64,000 nucleotides of DNA, from the IMG/VR virus record IMGVR_UViG_3300009103_000001, positions 124,001-188,000 of that record. One strand, written 5' to 3'. The stretch's first letter is position 1, and every line of letters starts with the position of its first letter. Positions 37,301 to 46,749 of this stretch are shown in pieces. Under the pieces are notes generated by a model that did no database searches, was not told where the DNA came from, and worked only from the letters and a program-made list of their open reading frames with translations. A program made the position numbers and the translations under genes.

Positions 37301-39279
37301 ATTTTTCTTTTAGCTCCAATACATTTACAATAACCCAAAATGACGGCTCCACTTTTGATAGTAATTTAAATACGATTGAATTAGGTAATATATTAAGTGC
37401 TGTTACATTTAATATAGCAACATCAGGTACTATTTCAGCCACAACATTTAATGGCGGTACATTTAATGGAACCTTTATTGGTGATGGTAGTGGTTTAACA
37501 GGTATAACAGACAACGATACTTTTGTAACAGGGTTTACATATAATAACGCAAATACATTAACAATAGAAAGAAATGATGGTATTAATTTAAGTACTTCGA
37601 TTAATACAATGACAGGTTTAACTGTTAATGGAACATTATCAGCAACAACTTATTATGGTGACGGAAGTAATTTAACTGGTATTGGTGGGACATTTACAGG
37701 AAACACATCCGCTACTTGTATTACAGATTTATGGGTAACAAACATTAGTGGGTGTAGTCCGGTTACTATAGGTACAGAAGCAATATTTAACCAAGATGTA
37801 AGTGGCGCTACATCTTATTGGACAACCCCAAATACTGGTGGTGGTGGGCCAGGTTCAATGACTCCAGCGATAACGATAACACAACAAGGTAGTAGTCAAA
37901 ATTATTCGGGTCCAGCCATAAAACTTCATAATACAGTTAATAATGAAAATGCTTATTTATTTTATCAAGATGGTGGTAGTGGTGCAGATAATGGTAACGC
38001 ATTTAACTTTATAAGTGACGGTGGTTTTAATTTTGAGGCATCTGGTGACTTTGGAACTGGCGGTACAGGATTTTTCAAAATCGCTAAAGGGCAATCAAGT
38101 TTTATAATAGATGATAATGGGTCAGCACCAAGAACAGATATTAAAATACATAATGCTAATGGTGGTACGGCATACGCAAGATTAAATTTAGGGGCAACTA
38201 ATGATTATTGGTATTTTGAGGCAGATGACATTACTACACCAATGCATATTGGGTGGGATGACGGTGTTACAGAAAAAAATGTTTTTATATTTACTACAGA
38301 TTCAGGAACTATAGATACACCACTTTTCATAACAAGTGGGGCAAGTACAAACCAAGACCTTTTAACTGTTAGTGGAAGAACAAGAACAATAAATTTCCAA
38401 ATGATAAGTGGCGCAACTGATGGTTATATTTTAACTTCAGACGCAGATGGTAACGGTATATGGTTACCAAATATTTTTGTTACAGGAACAACTTTCGCTA
38501 GTAATCAATCAATAACATCAAGAAATGATGGTACAGAGATTTTTAAATTAAGTGGTGGTACGAATGTAACCTTATCAAACCCATCATCAAATCAAATTAA
38601 GATAGATGTAACAGATACCAATACAACAATAACTGGGTTTACTTATGATGACGCTAACACATTCACAATAAGTGATAGTGATGGGTCAAATTATTCTGCT
38701 TCTATTAACACAATGACAGGATTAACCATTAATGGTGATTTAAATGTTAATGGAGAATCAGTATTTAGTGGAAATAGTACAGATGTTGTACAAATATATG
38801 GTTCTGGGTCAACATCTCCAATATTTAGAATTCAAGGTTCAAGTGGTGAGTTGTTTAGTGTAACAGATAGTCTTGTTGGTGAATTATTCGCTGTTAATGA
38901 TATTTCTGGGATACCTATTTTACAAGTATATTCTGATAATAGAATAATATTGGGCGATAATTTAGCCCCATCATTATATACAACCGCTAAAGTAACCGCC
39001 TCATCTGGTTCATCGACATCTATTTATTCAGTACCAGTTAGTGCATATACGGGTGCGTGGTTTGAGTATACGGCTAATGATGGAACAAATTTAAGGGCGG
39101 GTAACATAGCTTCAATATTTACTGCTTCAGATGTTAATCATAATGAAACAACAACCACAGATATTGGGAATACAAACGATTTAATAATGGATGTTTCGGT
39201 TTCTGGTGGTAATGCAACACTAACAGCGTCAGCAACTACGAGTAATTGGGAAATAAAAACAATTATAAGGAGTATTTAA
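34333..39279 (+). CDS. Large tail fibre/spike protein with probable beta-helix region and repeated stalk modules
   Basis: 1648 aa, G/S/T/N-rich; YFVSSLSGDNST...KPWKTI beta-helix-type start; repeated TFVTGFTY...INTMTGLTVNG...GDGSNLTG modules. Confidence 0.7.
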   Translation: MSDGCGPDIVKYFIVEPGGSGSATLTGVTGNFSVCSGTTFLNTISGCTDNVNFNNNIFYNNGEVLFDSTLTACTGIYTSNIYGCSPITVQDDLILNSGLTFNTITNNNILDRVLVVNSGGTVEYRDVSSIAPEAKLQNTYFVSSLSGDNSTALVGDINKPWKTITGARDALLTDALSGQTLIYVYPGIYDEEEIQYENGNMYLSPGVLIKPPRRFHSLDIIGVNTGTKTFTVNGNWATYITVGSQFKMIGSTGNDGIYTVFSVSDVAATTEIITVEPIPDATVDGYITSNRYIIPLGIAPTYAPLSSSATTFNLFGEGEIYIDKTIDDDWANGFISANNDSQLYCDINKATIVKGIICGLGGDSNVIFKGNVLSVTEDGYAMSPRGSSNSVFDFQKIISSGTTWTYRINGFNGTTVLNAGTLQNYGGGGLYDAPISISYMSGGRATINCPEIIAGDSAKYGVVTTFNSGGRFEVNGNIIAGTGVQGVSISRDTGCETIINGNITTYDSYAYINDNILGGSSSNSKTYINGDIIVTNGTANAIRHNSQTLRLNGEILNVDPSGTGTTYNGINIANSGNLIIDNLKIKTDNESITASAPRTVNIENALYIDKPLHSNITTTGLYNFTGTTNVGDLVIYNTPTNDNSLTQILGRNSTTGAIEYVDVNSIITGATSQDTFVTGFTFNNSTYDLTIKQNEGQPDLVSNLAVLASDVYVLSGVYNPSTGIVTYTNSTGGTFQVSGFTTGMTDSYTTDAYISGTEIRFDNNIQGINFYSVDLLPLLSGKTDNTTFNSYTAITQMQLDTKVDSANNVGGANEFFKDKSGTTLNFRTLSGGSNTTVSTVGDVVKVDVTIPADTNTFVTGFTYNDSNTFTISRNDGVDLSASINTMTGLTVNGSVSATTYFGDGSNLTGISTDDNFVTGGTFSTGTLTLERQNGIVTVTGFTNDIDTFSTGGTVTQAATSGSSEVIVQITGNDGFTPYNITGLTDTFVSDFSFSSNTFTITQNDGSTFDSNLNTIELGNILSAVTFNIATSGTISATTFNGGTFNGTFIGDGSGLTGITDNDTFVTGFTYNNANTLTIERNDGINLSTSINTMTGLTVNGTLSATTYYGDGSNLTGIGGTFTGNTSATCITDLWVTNISGCSPVTIGTEAIFNQDVSGATSYWTTPNTGGGGPGSMTPAITITQQGSSQNYSGPAIKLHNTVNNENAYLFYQDGGSGADNGNAFNFISDGGFNFEASGDFGTGGTGFFKIAKGQSSFIIDDNGSAPRTDIKIHNANGGTAYARLNLGATNDYWYFEADDITTPMHIGWDDGVTEKNVFIFTTDSGTIDTPLFITSGASTNQDLLTVSGRTRTINFQMISGATDGYILTSDADGNGIWLPNIFVTGTTFASNQSITSRNDGTEIFKLSGGTNVTLSNPSSNQIKIDVTDTNTTITGFTYDDANTFTISDSDGSNYSASINTMTGLTINGDLNVNGESVFSGNSTDVVQIYGSGSTSPIFRIQGSSGELFSVTDSLVGELFAVNDISGIPILQVYSDNRIILGDNLAPSLYTTAKVTASSGSSTSIYSVPVSAYTGAWFEYTANDGTNLRAGNIASIFTASDVNHNETTTTDIGNTNDLIMDVSVSGGNATLTASATTSNWEIKTIIRSI

Positions 39280-39280
39280 A

Positions 39281-39973
39281 ATGAGTTTTGGAGATAAGAA
39301 TTTTACATATGGTCCTAGAATAATAAAGGGTGGTTTGGTATTCTATGTAGATGCAGCAAATCCTAAATCTTATGTTAGTGGAGATACAACAACTAATGAC
39401 TTAATTTCAAATATTACTGGAACGCTAGAAAATGGTGTAGGTTACTCAATTGATAATAACGGTAGTTGGTCATTTGACGGTAGTGATGATAATATATCTT
39501 GTGAACCAATAAATGAAATAAATAATGTAACATCATTAACATTTTCGTTTTGGGGTAAAAAGAATGGGTCAGGAGAGGTATTAGGGTTCAACACGATTCA
39601 AGATGTCACCACAGATAAAGTAGTTCTTTACTGGTGGTCAAATGGAATTGTTTATTTTGCTTGTAGAAATGGGGCATCAAATGTAAGTCCTAGCATTTCA
39701 TTATCATATGATACTAATTGGCATCATTTTGTGGGTGTTTATGTTGGTGGGGGTAATTTAAAATTATATGTTGATGGGGAATTATCTGATACTGAAAGCG
39801 GTGCACCAGCATCCCTAAGTTCAAATATTGGTGATAATTTAACCATTGGTTATGTTAATAATAGTAACTATTCAAAAGGAAACATATCAAATGTTAAAAT
39901 ATATAATAGGGCGCTTTCACAAACAGAAATAACACAAAACTATAACGCACTAAAAGTAAGATTCGGATTATAA
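39281..39973 (+). CDS. Single LamG/concanavalin-A-like domain virion protein
   Basis: YVDAANPKSY, SFDGSDD, WHHFVGVY, LYVDG, KIYNRALS. Confidence 0.85.
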   Translation: MSFGDKNFTYGPRIIKGGLVFYVDAANPKSYVSGDTTTNDLISNITGTLENGVGYSIDNNGSWSFDGSDDNISCEPINEINNVTSLTFSFWGKKNGSGEVLGFNTIQDVTTDKVVLYWWSNGIVYFACRNGASNVSPSISLSYDTNWHHFVGVYVGGGNLKLYVDGELSDTESGAPASLSSNIGDNLTIGYVNNSNYSKGNISNVKIYNRALSQTEITQNYNALKVRFGL

Positions 39974-42771
39974 TGGGGACGACAAGTGGATATATAACTA
40001 GAAATCAAGACTTAATCATTAATATGGATGCAGCTAACTCTCGTTCATATACTAGTGGTAGTACAACTTGTGAATGTTTGGTATCTACAGTATCGGGTAC
40101 TTTTGAGAACGGAACTAGTTTTTCACCAGAATTTGGTGGGGGATGGACATTTGATGGGACAAATGATTATTTAAATTTAGGAAACAGACCAAATATAAAT
40201 CCAGAATTAGATAGTTTTACGTGTAATATTTTTTTTAAGATAGACCCATCTTCTACAAGTAGTAATATTATTGCTAGTAAGGGTAATAATATAACCTCAG
40301 ATATTGGTTGGATGATATATTATTCTAGTACTAATGAGGTTTTAACTGTTAGGTGTAATGGAAACAATACTACATCTCAAAGAGCAGCACAATATATTCC
40401 AATAAATAAGGGTCAAAACTATATGGTTACAATGGTAATTAATAGAACCGATAACACGATTAAAGGTTATTTAAATGGTAGTAATGTTGGTTGGGTAAAT
40501 GGTAATTATAGTCAATCATTTACAGGAAATTCAATATCTGGTTTTGGTTCAATAACAAATAGTGATGACTTTTTAATAGGTGAAAGACCAAATCTAAATT
40601 TACCAATGTTTGGAACTATATATTTTTTTCAAACATATAATTTTGCACTATCTGAAGCACAGGTGTATAGAAATTTTAGTTTTTTTGGTGGTAGGTATGA
40701 TTTATCAGTTCCACCTCCACCTCCAACATTTTTTGATGATTATTCATTTAAATTTGATGGTGTGGATGAGTGGATAAGTTTAGGCGTAATAGATGATTTA
40801 AATGGCGGTATAAGTGATTTTAGTACCTCAACTTGGTTTAAATACGATGGTACTTTAGGTACATTAAGTCATATGATTTTAAGTGGTGGTATAGGTGTTA
40901 CTGATAGATTTTATATTCAATTAATAGCAAACAATACTTTAAGGTATGCTATGGGTGGTGGTTTTGATGATGTCACAATTACCACATTAAGTACTGGAAC
41001 TTGGTATAATTTAATAACTGTACAAAACGGAGCAGATGTAGATATTTATTTAAATGGAAGTTTACAAGGTAGTTTTACCGACCAAATACCTACAAGCAAC
41101 ATTGGTACTATAGTAAAGATTGGAAACTATATAAGTGGCAGTTATTATTGGGATGGTAACATAGATGAGGTGGCAATTTGGAATAGTGTTTTAACAACCG
41201 ACAATATTAACGATATCTACAATAGTGGTACACCCACTGATTTAACAAGTTTAAATCCAGTTGCTTGGTATAGAATGGGAGATAATGCCGTTTACAAATC
41301 ACCACAATGGTTATTACCATCAAATGAAAATAAGGATAAATTCAGTAATTATTCGATGAGTTTTGATGGTACTAATGATTATATTGATTGCGGTGTTCCA
41401 ACTTATTTAGATGGTAGTGAAACGGTAAGTGTTTCAATGTGGGTTAAATTTACAGATGTAACTACCGCTAGTTATACTACACTATTAACTTTAGGTTCTT
41501 CTTCACCAAGAGATTTATTTATGAGAATTAGACCATATGGAACCTCAAGAAGGATTGAGTTTGGTGTGTCTAATAATTTCGCAAGAGCAACAAGTACGGA
41601 ATTTTCTGATTTTTCTTCAGGAGTTTGGTACCACGTAATGGGGTTTTTTAATAGAAATCTTAATGATGGTACTGATTGTGAAATATGGTTAAATGGTTCA
41701 AAAATATTTGATATTGATGTTAATACATCTTTACCCGCAACCATTACAGATAATATGTATTTAGCTGCATTAGGAGAATGGGCACCACTTGAGGGTAGCT
41801 TGTGTGAAGTCGCTGTATGGAATACTGATGAAAGGGCTAACGCGTCAACAATATATAATGGAGGTGTTCCTTCAGACCTTTCAAGTCTTAATCCAAATTC
41901 ATATTATAGATTGGGTGAAAACGCAACATTCAAAGACCCACAATGGCTATTACCAAATAACGAAAATAAAGATAAGGCATCAAATTATTCAATGAGTTTT
42001 GATGGCGCTGATGATTATATAACGGTTCCTAATTTCACAACAAGTGGTGATGATGTAACTATTTCTTTTTGGTTTAAATCTGTAAATTTATCTGGTAGTG
42101 ACCCACATACTACATCTGCATTTGTTTGGGGTGATAGTAATAACTTTGTGTATTATAATGTCAATGAAGTAATTTATGCAAAAATAAATGGAAGTACCTC
42201 AATAATAGTTGCGAATTCTGGTGGTGTACCTCAATTGTTTGGGTTAGGTAATTGGCATCATTTAGCTGTTGTTAAAAACAGTTCTACTGTTACTTGGTGG
42301 ATAGATGGAATTTCTTACTCAGACTTAGGTTCTGGTGGTTCTGGTGGGTTTACAATGAATACAATAGGTTCAGCAACTGCGGGAGCATATTACTTCTTAA
42401 ATGGAAGTATGGATGATGTTGCAATTTTTGATACTGCTTTAAGTAGTGGTGATATAGCAACAGTTTATAATAATGGAACACCATCTGACTTATCTTCCTT
42501 AAATCCATTATGTTATTGGAAACTTGGAGATGACGCAACATTTAACACAAACTGGAGTATCACTGACCTAGGAAATGGTGGGTATTCTGGTGGTACAAGT
42601 AGTAATATGGATATAAATGATAGAGTAGGTGAAGCGCCAAGTAGTTCAGGAAATACAGTTAGTATCAACATGGATATAAACGATAGAGATGGAAATGCAC
42701 CAAATAGTGAAAATAACGCATTAAGTTATAATATGGTATTAAGTGGAAGAACAACTGATGTACCAACATAA
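39973..42771 (+). CDS. LamG-like protein with 4 domains
   Basis: Four FDG-x-x-D...W(Y/H)...YxNG...(I/M)D(E/D)VA-type units; PQWLLP-NENKDK junctions. Confidence 0.85.
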   Translation: MGTTSGYITRNQDLIINMDAANSRSYTSGSTTCECLVSTVSGTFENGTSFSPEFGGGWTFDGTNDYLNLGNRPNINPELDSFTCNIFFKIDPSSTSSNIIASKGNNITSDIGWMIYYSSTNEVLTVRCNGNNTTSQRAAQYIPINKGQNYMVTMVINRTDNTIKGYLNGSNVGWVNGNYSQSFTGNSISGFGSITNSDDFLIGERPNLNLPMFGTIYFFQTYNFALSEAQVYRNFSFFGGRYDLSVPPPPPTFFDDYSFKFDGVDEWISLGVIDDLNGGISDFSTSTWFKYDGTLGTLSHMILSGGIGVTDRFYIQLIANNTLRYAMGGGFDDVTITTLSTGTWYNLITVQNGADVDIYLNGSLQGSFTDQIPTSNIGTIVKIGNYISGSYYWDGNIDEVAIWNSVLTTDNINDIYNSGTPTDLTSLNPVAWYRMGDNAVYKSPQWLLPSNENKDKFSNYSMSFDGTNDYIDCGVPTYLDGSETVSVSMWVKFTDVTTASYTTLLTLGSSSPRDLFMRIRPYGTSRRIEFGVSNNFARATSTEFSDFSSGVWYHVMGFFNRNLNDGTDCEIWLNGSKIFDIDVNTSLPATITDNMYLAALGEWAPLEGSLCEVAVWNTDERANASTIYNGGVPSDLSSLNPNSYYRLGENATFKDPQWLLPNNENKDKASNYSMSFDGADDYITVPNFTTSGDDVTISFWFKSVNLSGSDPHTTSAFVWGDSNNFVYYNVNEVIYAKINGSTSIIVANSGGVPQLFGLGNWHHLAVVKNSSTVTWWIDGISYSDLGSGGSGGFTMNTIGSATAGAYYFLNGSMDDVAIFDTALSSGDIATVYNNGTPSDLSSLNPLCYWKLGDDATFNTNWSITDLGNGGYSGGTSSNMDINDRVGEAPSSSGNTVSINMDINDRDGNAPNSENNALSYNMVLSGRTTDVPT

Positions 42772-42783
42772 TATTTAAATGAT

Positions 42784-45700
42784 ATGATAATAACACATAA
42801 CGGAATAATTGTAATGAATAATGGGACTATCCTAAGTAAGGTGTCAGGTGATGGACCAGGTCCAGGCCCATTCACACCGTTTTCTAACGATTATTCATTT
42901 GAATTTGATGGTACGGATGACTACGTTTCGATTTATAACGGTGCGTCAGGAAGTGGCCCAATACAGTTTACTGCTTCAGATGATTTTTCTATTTCTGCAT
43001 GGATAAAAACATCAAGTCTATCATTAACTAATTATATCTTATCATTTAGGGGTACAGCTTTAATATGGTTAAATACTTTTGCATCAAGTGGAAATATAAG
43101 GGCAAGATTATATTTGAGGGATAATAGCTCAAATGTTGTAACTATATCAACCTTTAATAATTCAACTGGTTGGATTGCTGCAGATACTTGGACTAATGTA
43201 ATAGTCACAAGAAATGGGACAACAAAAGAATTAAATATTTATTTAAATGGACAATCAGCACAACTAACAACATCAGACACCACAACTGATGATTTTACTT
43301 TATACGATAAAATAAGTATAGGAAATGATAATTATACAACTGGTCGCTATTGGTTTGATGGTAAAATAGATGAGGTTTCTATTTTTAATACTGAATTATC
43401 GTCTGGTAATATCTCAACAATCTATAATAATGGTACACCCTCTGATTTAACAAGTTTAAACCCAGTTGTTTGGTATAGAATGGGAGATAATGCCGTTTAC
43501 AAATCACCACAATGGTTACTACCAAATAATGAAAATAAGGATAAGATATCAAATTATTCAATGTCGTTTGATGGTACTAATGATTATGTAGAGACATCTA
43601 ACACTTTTTCATTGTTAGATGGTCAGACAACCGCTACCTTTTCAATGTGGATTAAACCAGATGCCATTGGAGCTTATCAGTATTTGTTTTCAGTAGTTAG
43701 GAGTGCAACGAGTACAGAATTTCAAGTTTCATGTTATTTGGATAATGTAGGTAGGATTAGAGTGTTTGGAGATAGTACAGCAAGATATGTTTATTCAAAT
43801 ACAGGGGTAGTGAGTGCAGGGGTTTGGACTCATCTTTGCGTTACTTTTGATTTATCACAATCACTTGCAGACAGGGTAGCAATCTACGTTGATGGGGTTG
43901 ATGAAGTAGCGGTGGGATTTGCCCAGATGCACCAAACTCAATTCGCAACCTCAACAAGTGGGTTAGCAATAGGAAGAAATCAAAATGGGCATTTACCAAA
44001 TTTTGCAGGATTGATAGACGATGTATCTGTTTGGGATTCTGACCAATCCGCTAATGTTTCTACAATTTATAATGGAGGTGTTCCTTCGGACCTTTCAAGT
44101 CTTAACCCTATTAATTATTGGAGAATGAGTGAAAACGCAACATTCAAAGACCCGCAATGGTTATTGCCAAATAACGAAAATAAAGATAAATTCAGTAATT
44201 ATTCAATGAGTTTTGATGGGACGGATGATTATATAAGTTTAAATTCATTAAATTCAACTTTACAACCTTTATCAGTTGGTACTATATCAATGTGGTGGAA
44301 ACCAACTAACTCAACCCCATCACCTGGTGAGTGTTTATTTAGTGTGGCAAGTACAACAGTTACAAATGATTATTTCGCCATGTATAATACCTCAAGTGGT
44401 AAATTTTATGCCCAATTAAAAGATAACAATACAAATTATTGGGTATTAGAAACTGATACTGCTGTATTTTTAAATGATGCTTGGGCACACGTTGTAATAA
44501 GACATAATGGTACTGAACCAGAATTATATGTTAATGGAAGTAAACCATCACAAACTTTTACAATATCCATAAATAAAACTAAGTGGTGGGATGATATTAC
44601 AATAGAACTAATAAATATAGGTTCTTTAATTTGGTCTGGTGGTCATTCAGGCAAAGCAACTGGTAATATAGATGAAGTTTCTGTTTTTGATTCTGCGTTA
44701 TCGTCTGGTGATATTTCTGCAATTTACAATAATGGTACACCCACTGATTTAACAAGTTTAAATCCCATAGCTTATTATAAAATGGGAGATGACGCAACCT
44801 TCTCTACAAACTGGACCATACCTGACCAAACTGGAAGTAATGATGGCACAAGTGCTAACATGGATATTAATGATAGGGCTGGAGATGCTCCAAGCAGCTC
44901 AGGAAACACAGTTAGTTATAACATGGACATTAATGATAGGGTAGGAGAAGCACCAGGTAGTGAAAACAACGCATTAAGTTATAATATGGTATTAAGTGGA
45001 AGAACCATAGATGTACCAAAAGAACCATTTTCAAAAAATTCAATGAGTTTTGATGGTACGGATGATTATATAGACTTATCACAACAAAATTTAGGAACAA
45101 CAAACACTATTAGTTTATGGTTAAAAAACCCATCAGTTAAAGGTGTAGTACAAGAAACTTTATTAGGTAACCCACTAAACACATTTAATCAATTTTTAAA
45201 TGTTGATTGGAATACCGGTAAAATGTTTTATAAAGACAATTCTAATAATAGAGTTGAATGGAATACTTTATCCAATATTAATAACACTAATTGGAATAAT
45301 ATTATAATTACAAGAGTCGGTGCAACAGTAACTTTATATTTTAATGGGGTAAGTCAAGGAACTGGTACATCTTTTGGTACGTTAGGAGATAGTGAATTTA
45401 GATATTTAGGTATTAATTTTAATAGTAATACACAAGCGTTTGAGGGTAATATTGATGAAATGGCCGTTTGGGATACCGACCAAACATCAAATATCTCAAC
45501 AATATATAATAATGGTGAACCTACTGACTTAACAAGTTTATCTCCACATTTGTGGTTTAGGTTGGGTGAAAACGCAACATTTAAAGACCCACAATGGTTA
45601 ATTCCAAATAACGAAAATAAAGATAAATTCAGTAATTATTCGATGAGTTTTGATGGTACAAATGATTATATTGATTGTGGTGATAGTAATGATTTTAGTT

Positions 45701-46434
45701 TTGGTAATGGGACAACTGACAGTCCTTTTAGTGTTTCATTTTGGTTAAACGCTAGTACTTTCGCAACTAATCTTGGGATTATATCAAAAGATTATGATGG
45801 TTCTAATAGAGAGTGGACTATTGGTCAATTTTCATCATCTAATAAAATAAGATTTTTATTAAAAAATAATGGTGGTGGTAATCAACAAAGTATTGACAGT
45901 ACAAATACATTATCAACAGGACAGTGGTATCACATAGTTTGTACATATGATGGGAGTGGCGGTAATAATGCAGCTGATGGATTAACAATTTATATTGATG
46001 GAACCGCTGAAACACCAACAAACATTACCAAACAAACTTATACTGCTATGGCTAACACCATTGCCCCGTTAACATTTGGGGCATACCAAACAGGTGCGAG
46101 TCAATTAGGTATAAGCGGTAAAATTGATGACGTTTCAATATTTTCAGTAGAACTATCAAGTTCAGAAGTATCCACCATTTGGAATAATGGTATACCTAAA
46201 GATGAAAGTGGTACACCTAATTTGGTTGGTTACTGGAGAATGGGAGAAGAATCCATTGTGGGATATATTGGTGGTGTTCCAGCATACTGGACCATACCTG
46301 ACCAAGTAGGTGGTAATGACGGAATAAGTACCAATATGACTATTGATGACAGAGTTGGAGACGCTCCAGATAGTTCAGGAAATACAGTTAGTTTTAACAT
46401 GGATATTAATGATAAAACTACTGACGTACCATAA
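42784..46434 (+). CDS. LamG-like protein with 5 domains
   Basis: Five LamG-like units; an internal copy of the terminal NMDINDR cassette suggests gene fusion. Confidence 0.85.
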   Translation: MIITHNGIIVMNNGTILSKVSGDGPGPGPFTPFSNDYSFEFDGTDDYVSIYNGASGSGPIQFTASDDFSISAWIKTSSLSLTNYILSFRGTALIWLNTFASSGNIRARLYLRDNSSNVVTISTFNNSTGWIAADTWTNVIVTRNGTTKELNIYLNGQSAQLTTSDTTTDDFTLYDKISIGNDNYTTGRYWFDGKIDEVSIFNTELSSGNISTIYNNGTPSDLTSLNPVVWYRMGDNAVYKSPQWLLPNNENKDKISNYSMSFDGTNDYVETSNTFSLLDGQTTATFSMWIKPDAIGAYQYLFSVVRSATSTEFQVSCYLDNVGRIRVFGDSTARYVYSNTGVVSAGVWTHLCVTFDLSQSLADRVAIYVDGVDEVAVGFAQMHQTQFATSTSGLAIGRNQNGHLPNFAGLIDDVSVWDSDQSANVSTIYNGGVPSDLSSLNPINYWRMSENATFKDPQWLLPNNENKDKFSNYSMSFDGTDDYISLNSLNSTLQPLSVGTISMWWKPTNSTPSPGECLFSVASTTVTNDYFAMYNTSSGKFYAQLKDNNTNYWVLETDTAVFLNDAWAHVVIRHNGTEPELYVNGSKPSQTFTISINKTKWWDDITIELINIGSLIWSGGHSGKATGNIDEVSVFDSALSSGDISAIYNNGTPTDLTSLNPIAYYKMGDDATFSTNWTIPDQTGSNDGTSANMDINDRAGDAPSSSGNTVSYNMDINDRVGEAPGSENNALSYNMVLSGRTIDVPKEPFSKNSMSFDGTDDYIDLSQQNLGTTNTISLWLKNPSVKGVVQETLLGNPLNTFNQFLNVDWNTGKMFYKDNSNNRVEWNTLSNINNTNWNNIIITRVGATVTLYFNGVSQGTGTSFGTLGDSEFRYLGINFNSNTQAFEGNIDEMAVWDTDQTSNISTIYNNGEPTDLTSLSPHLWFRLGENATFKDPQWLIPNNENKDKFSNYSMSFDGTNDYIDCGDSNDFSFGNGTTDSPFSVSFWLNASTFATNLGIISKDYDGSNREWTIGQFSSSNKIRFLLKNNGGGNQQSIDSTNTLSTGQWYHIVCTYDGSGGNNAADGLTIYIDGTAETPTNITKQTYTAMANTIAPLTFGAYQTGASQLGISGKIDDVSIFSVELSSSEVSTIWNNGIPKDESGTPNLVGYWRMGEESIVGYIGGVPAYWTIPDQVGGNDGISTNMTIDDRVGDAPDSSGNTVSFNMDINDKTTDVP

Positions 46435-46447
46435 AAATAAAATAATA

Positions 46448-46455
46448 TATTTATA
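46448..46455 (+). promoter_or_regulatory. Candidate phage late promoter TATTTATA
   Basis: Upstream of 46484. Confidence 0.45.
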
Positions 46456-46483
46456 ATAATAACAATAAAAAAAACAATAAATT

Positions 46484-46747
46484 ATGTCACATAAATATGA
46501 ACACAGAAATTTTATGATTTTCAATGTAAGTGAATTGGGTTCTGTTAACTTTTCAGAAGTTTTGGAATCTTCAATTAATACAGTTAGAAAATCCATAGAT
46601 GGAACACAAACATTCGTTAAATGGGATGATGAAACAATACCACCTTCGGTTGATGCTTTAACAACAAAAGATGGTCCACATCTTTACGAAGATATGTTAG
46701 CAATATTATCAACTTCTGGTTGGACAAATACAGAAATAGTTGAGTAG
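46484..46747 (+). CDS. Small protein within the LamG cluster
   Basis: 87-aa ORF with its own TATTTATA motif; function unknown. Confidence 0.6.
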   Translation: MSHKYEHRNFMIFNVSELGSVNFSEVLESSINTVRKSIDGTQTFVKWDDETIPPSVDALTTKDGPHLYEDMLAILSTSGWTNTEIVE

Positions 46748-46749
46748 TT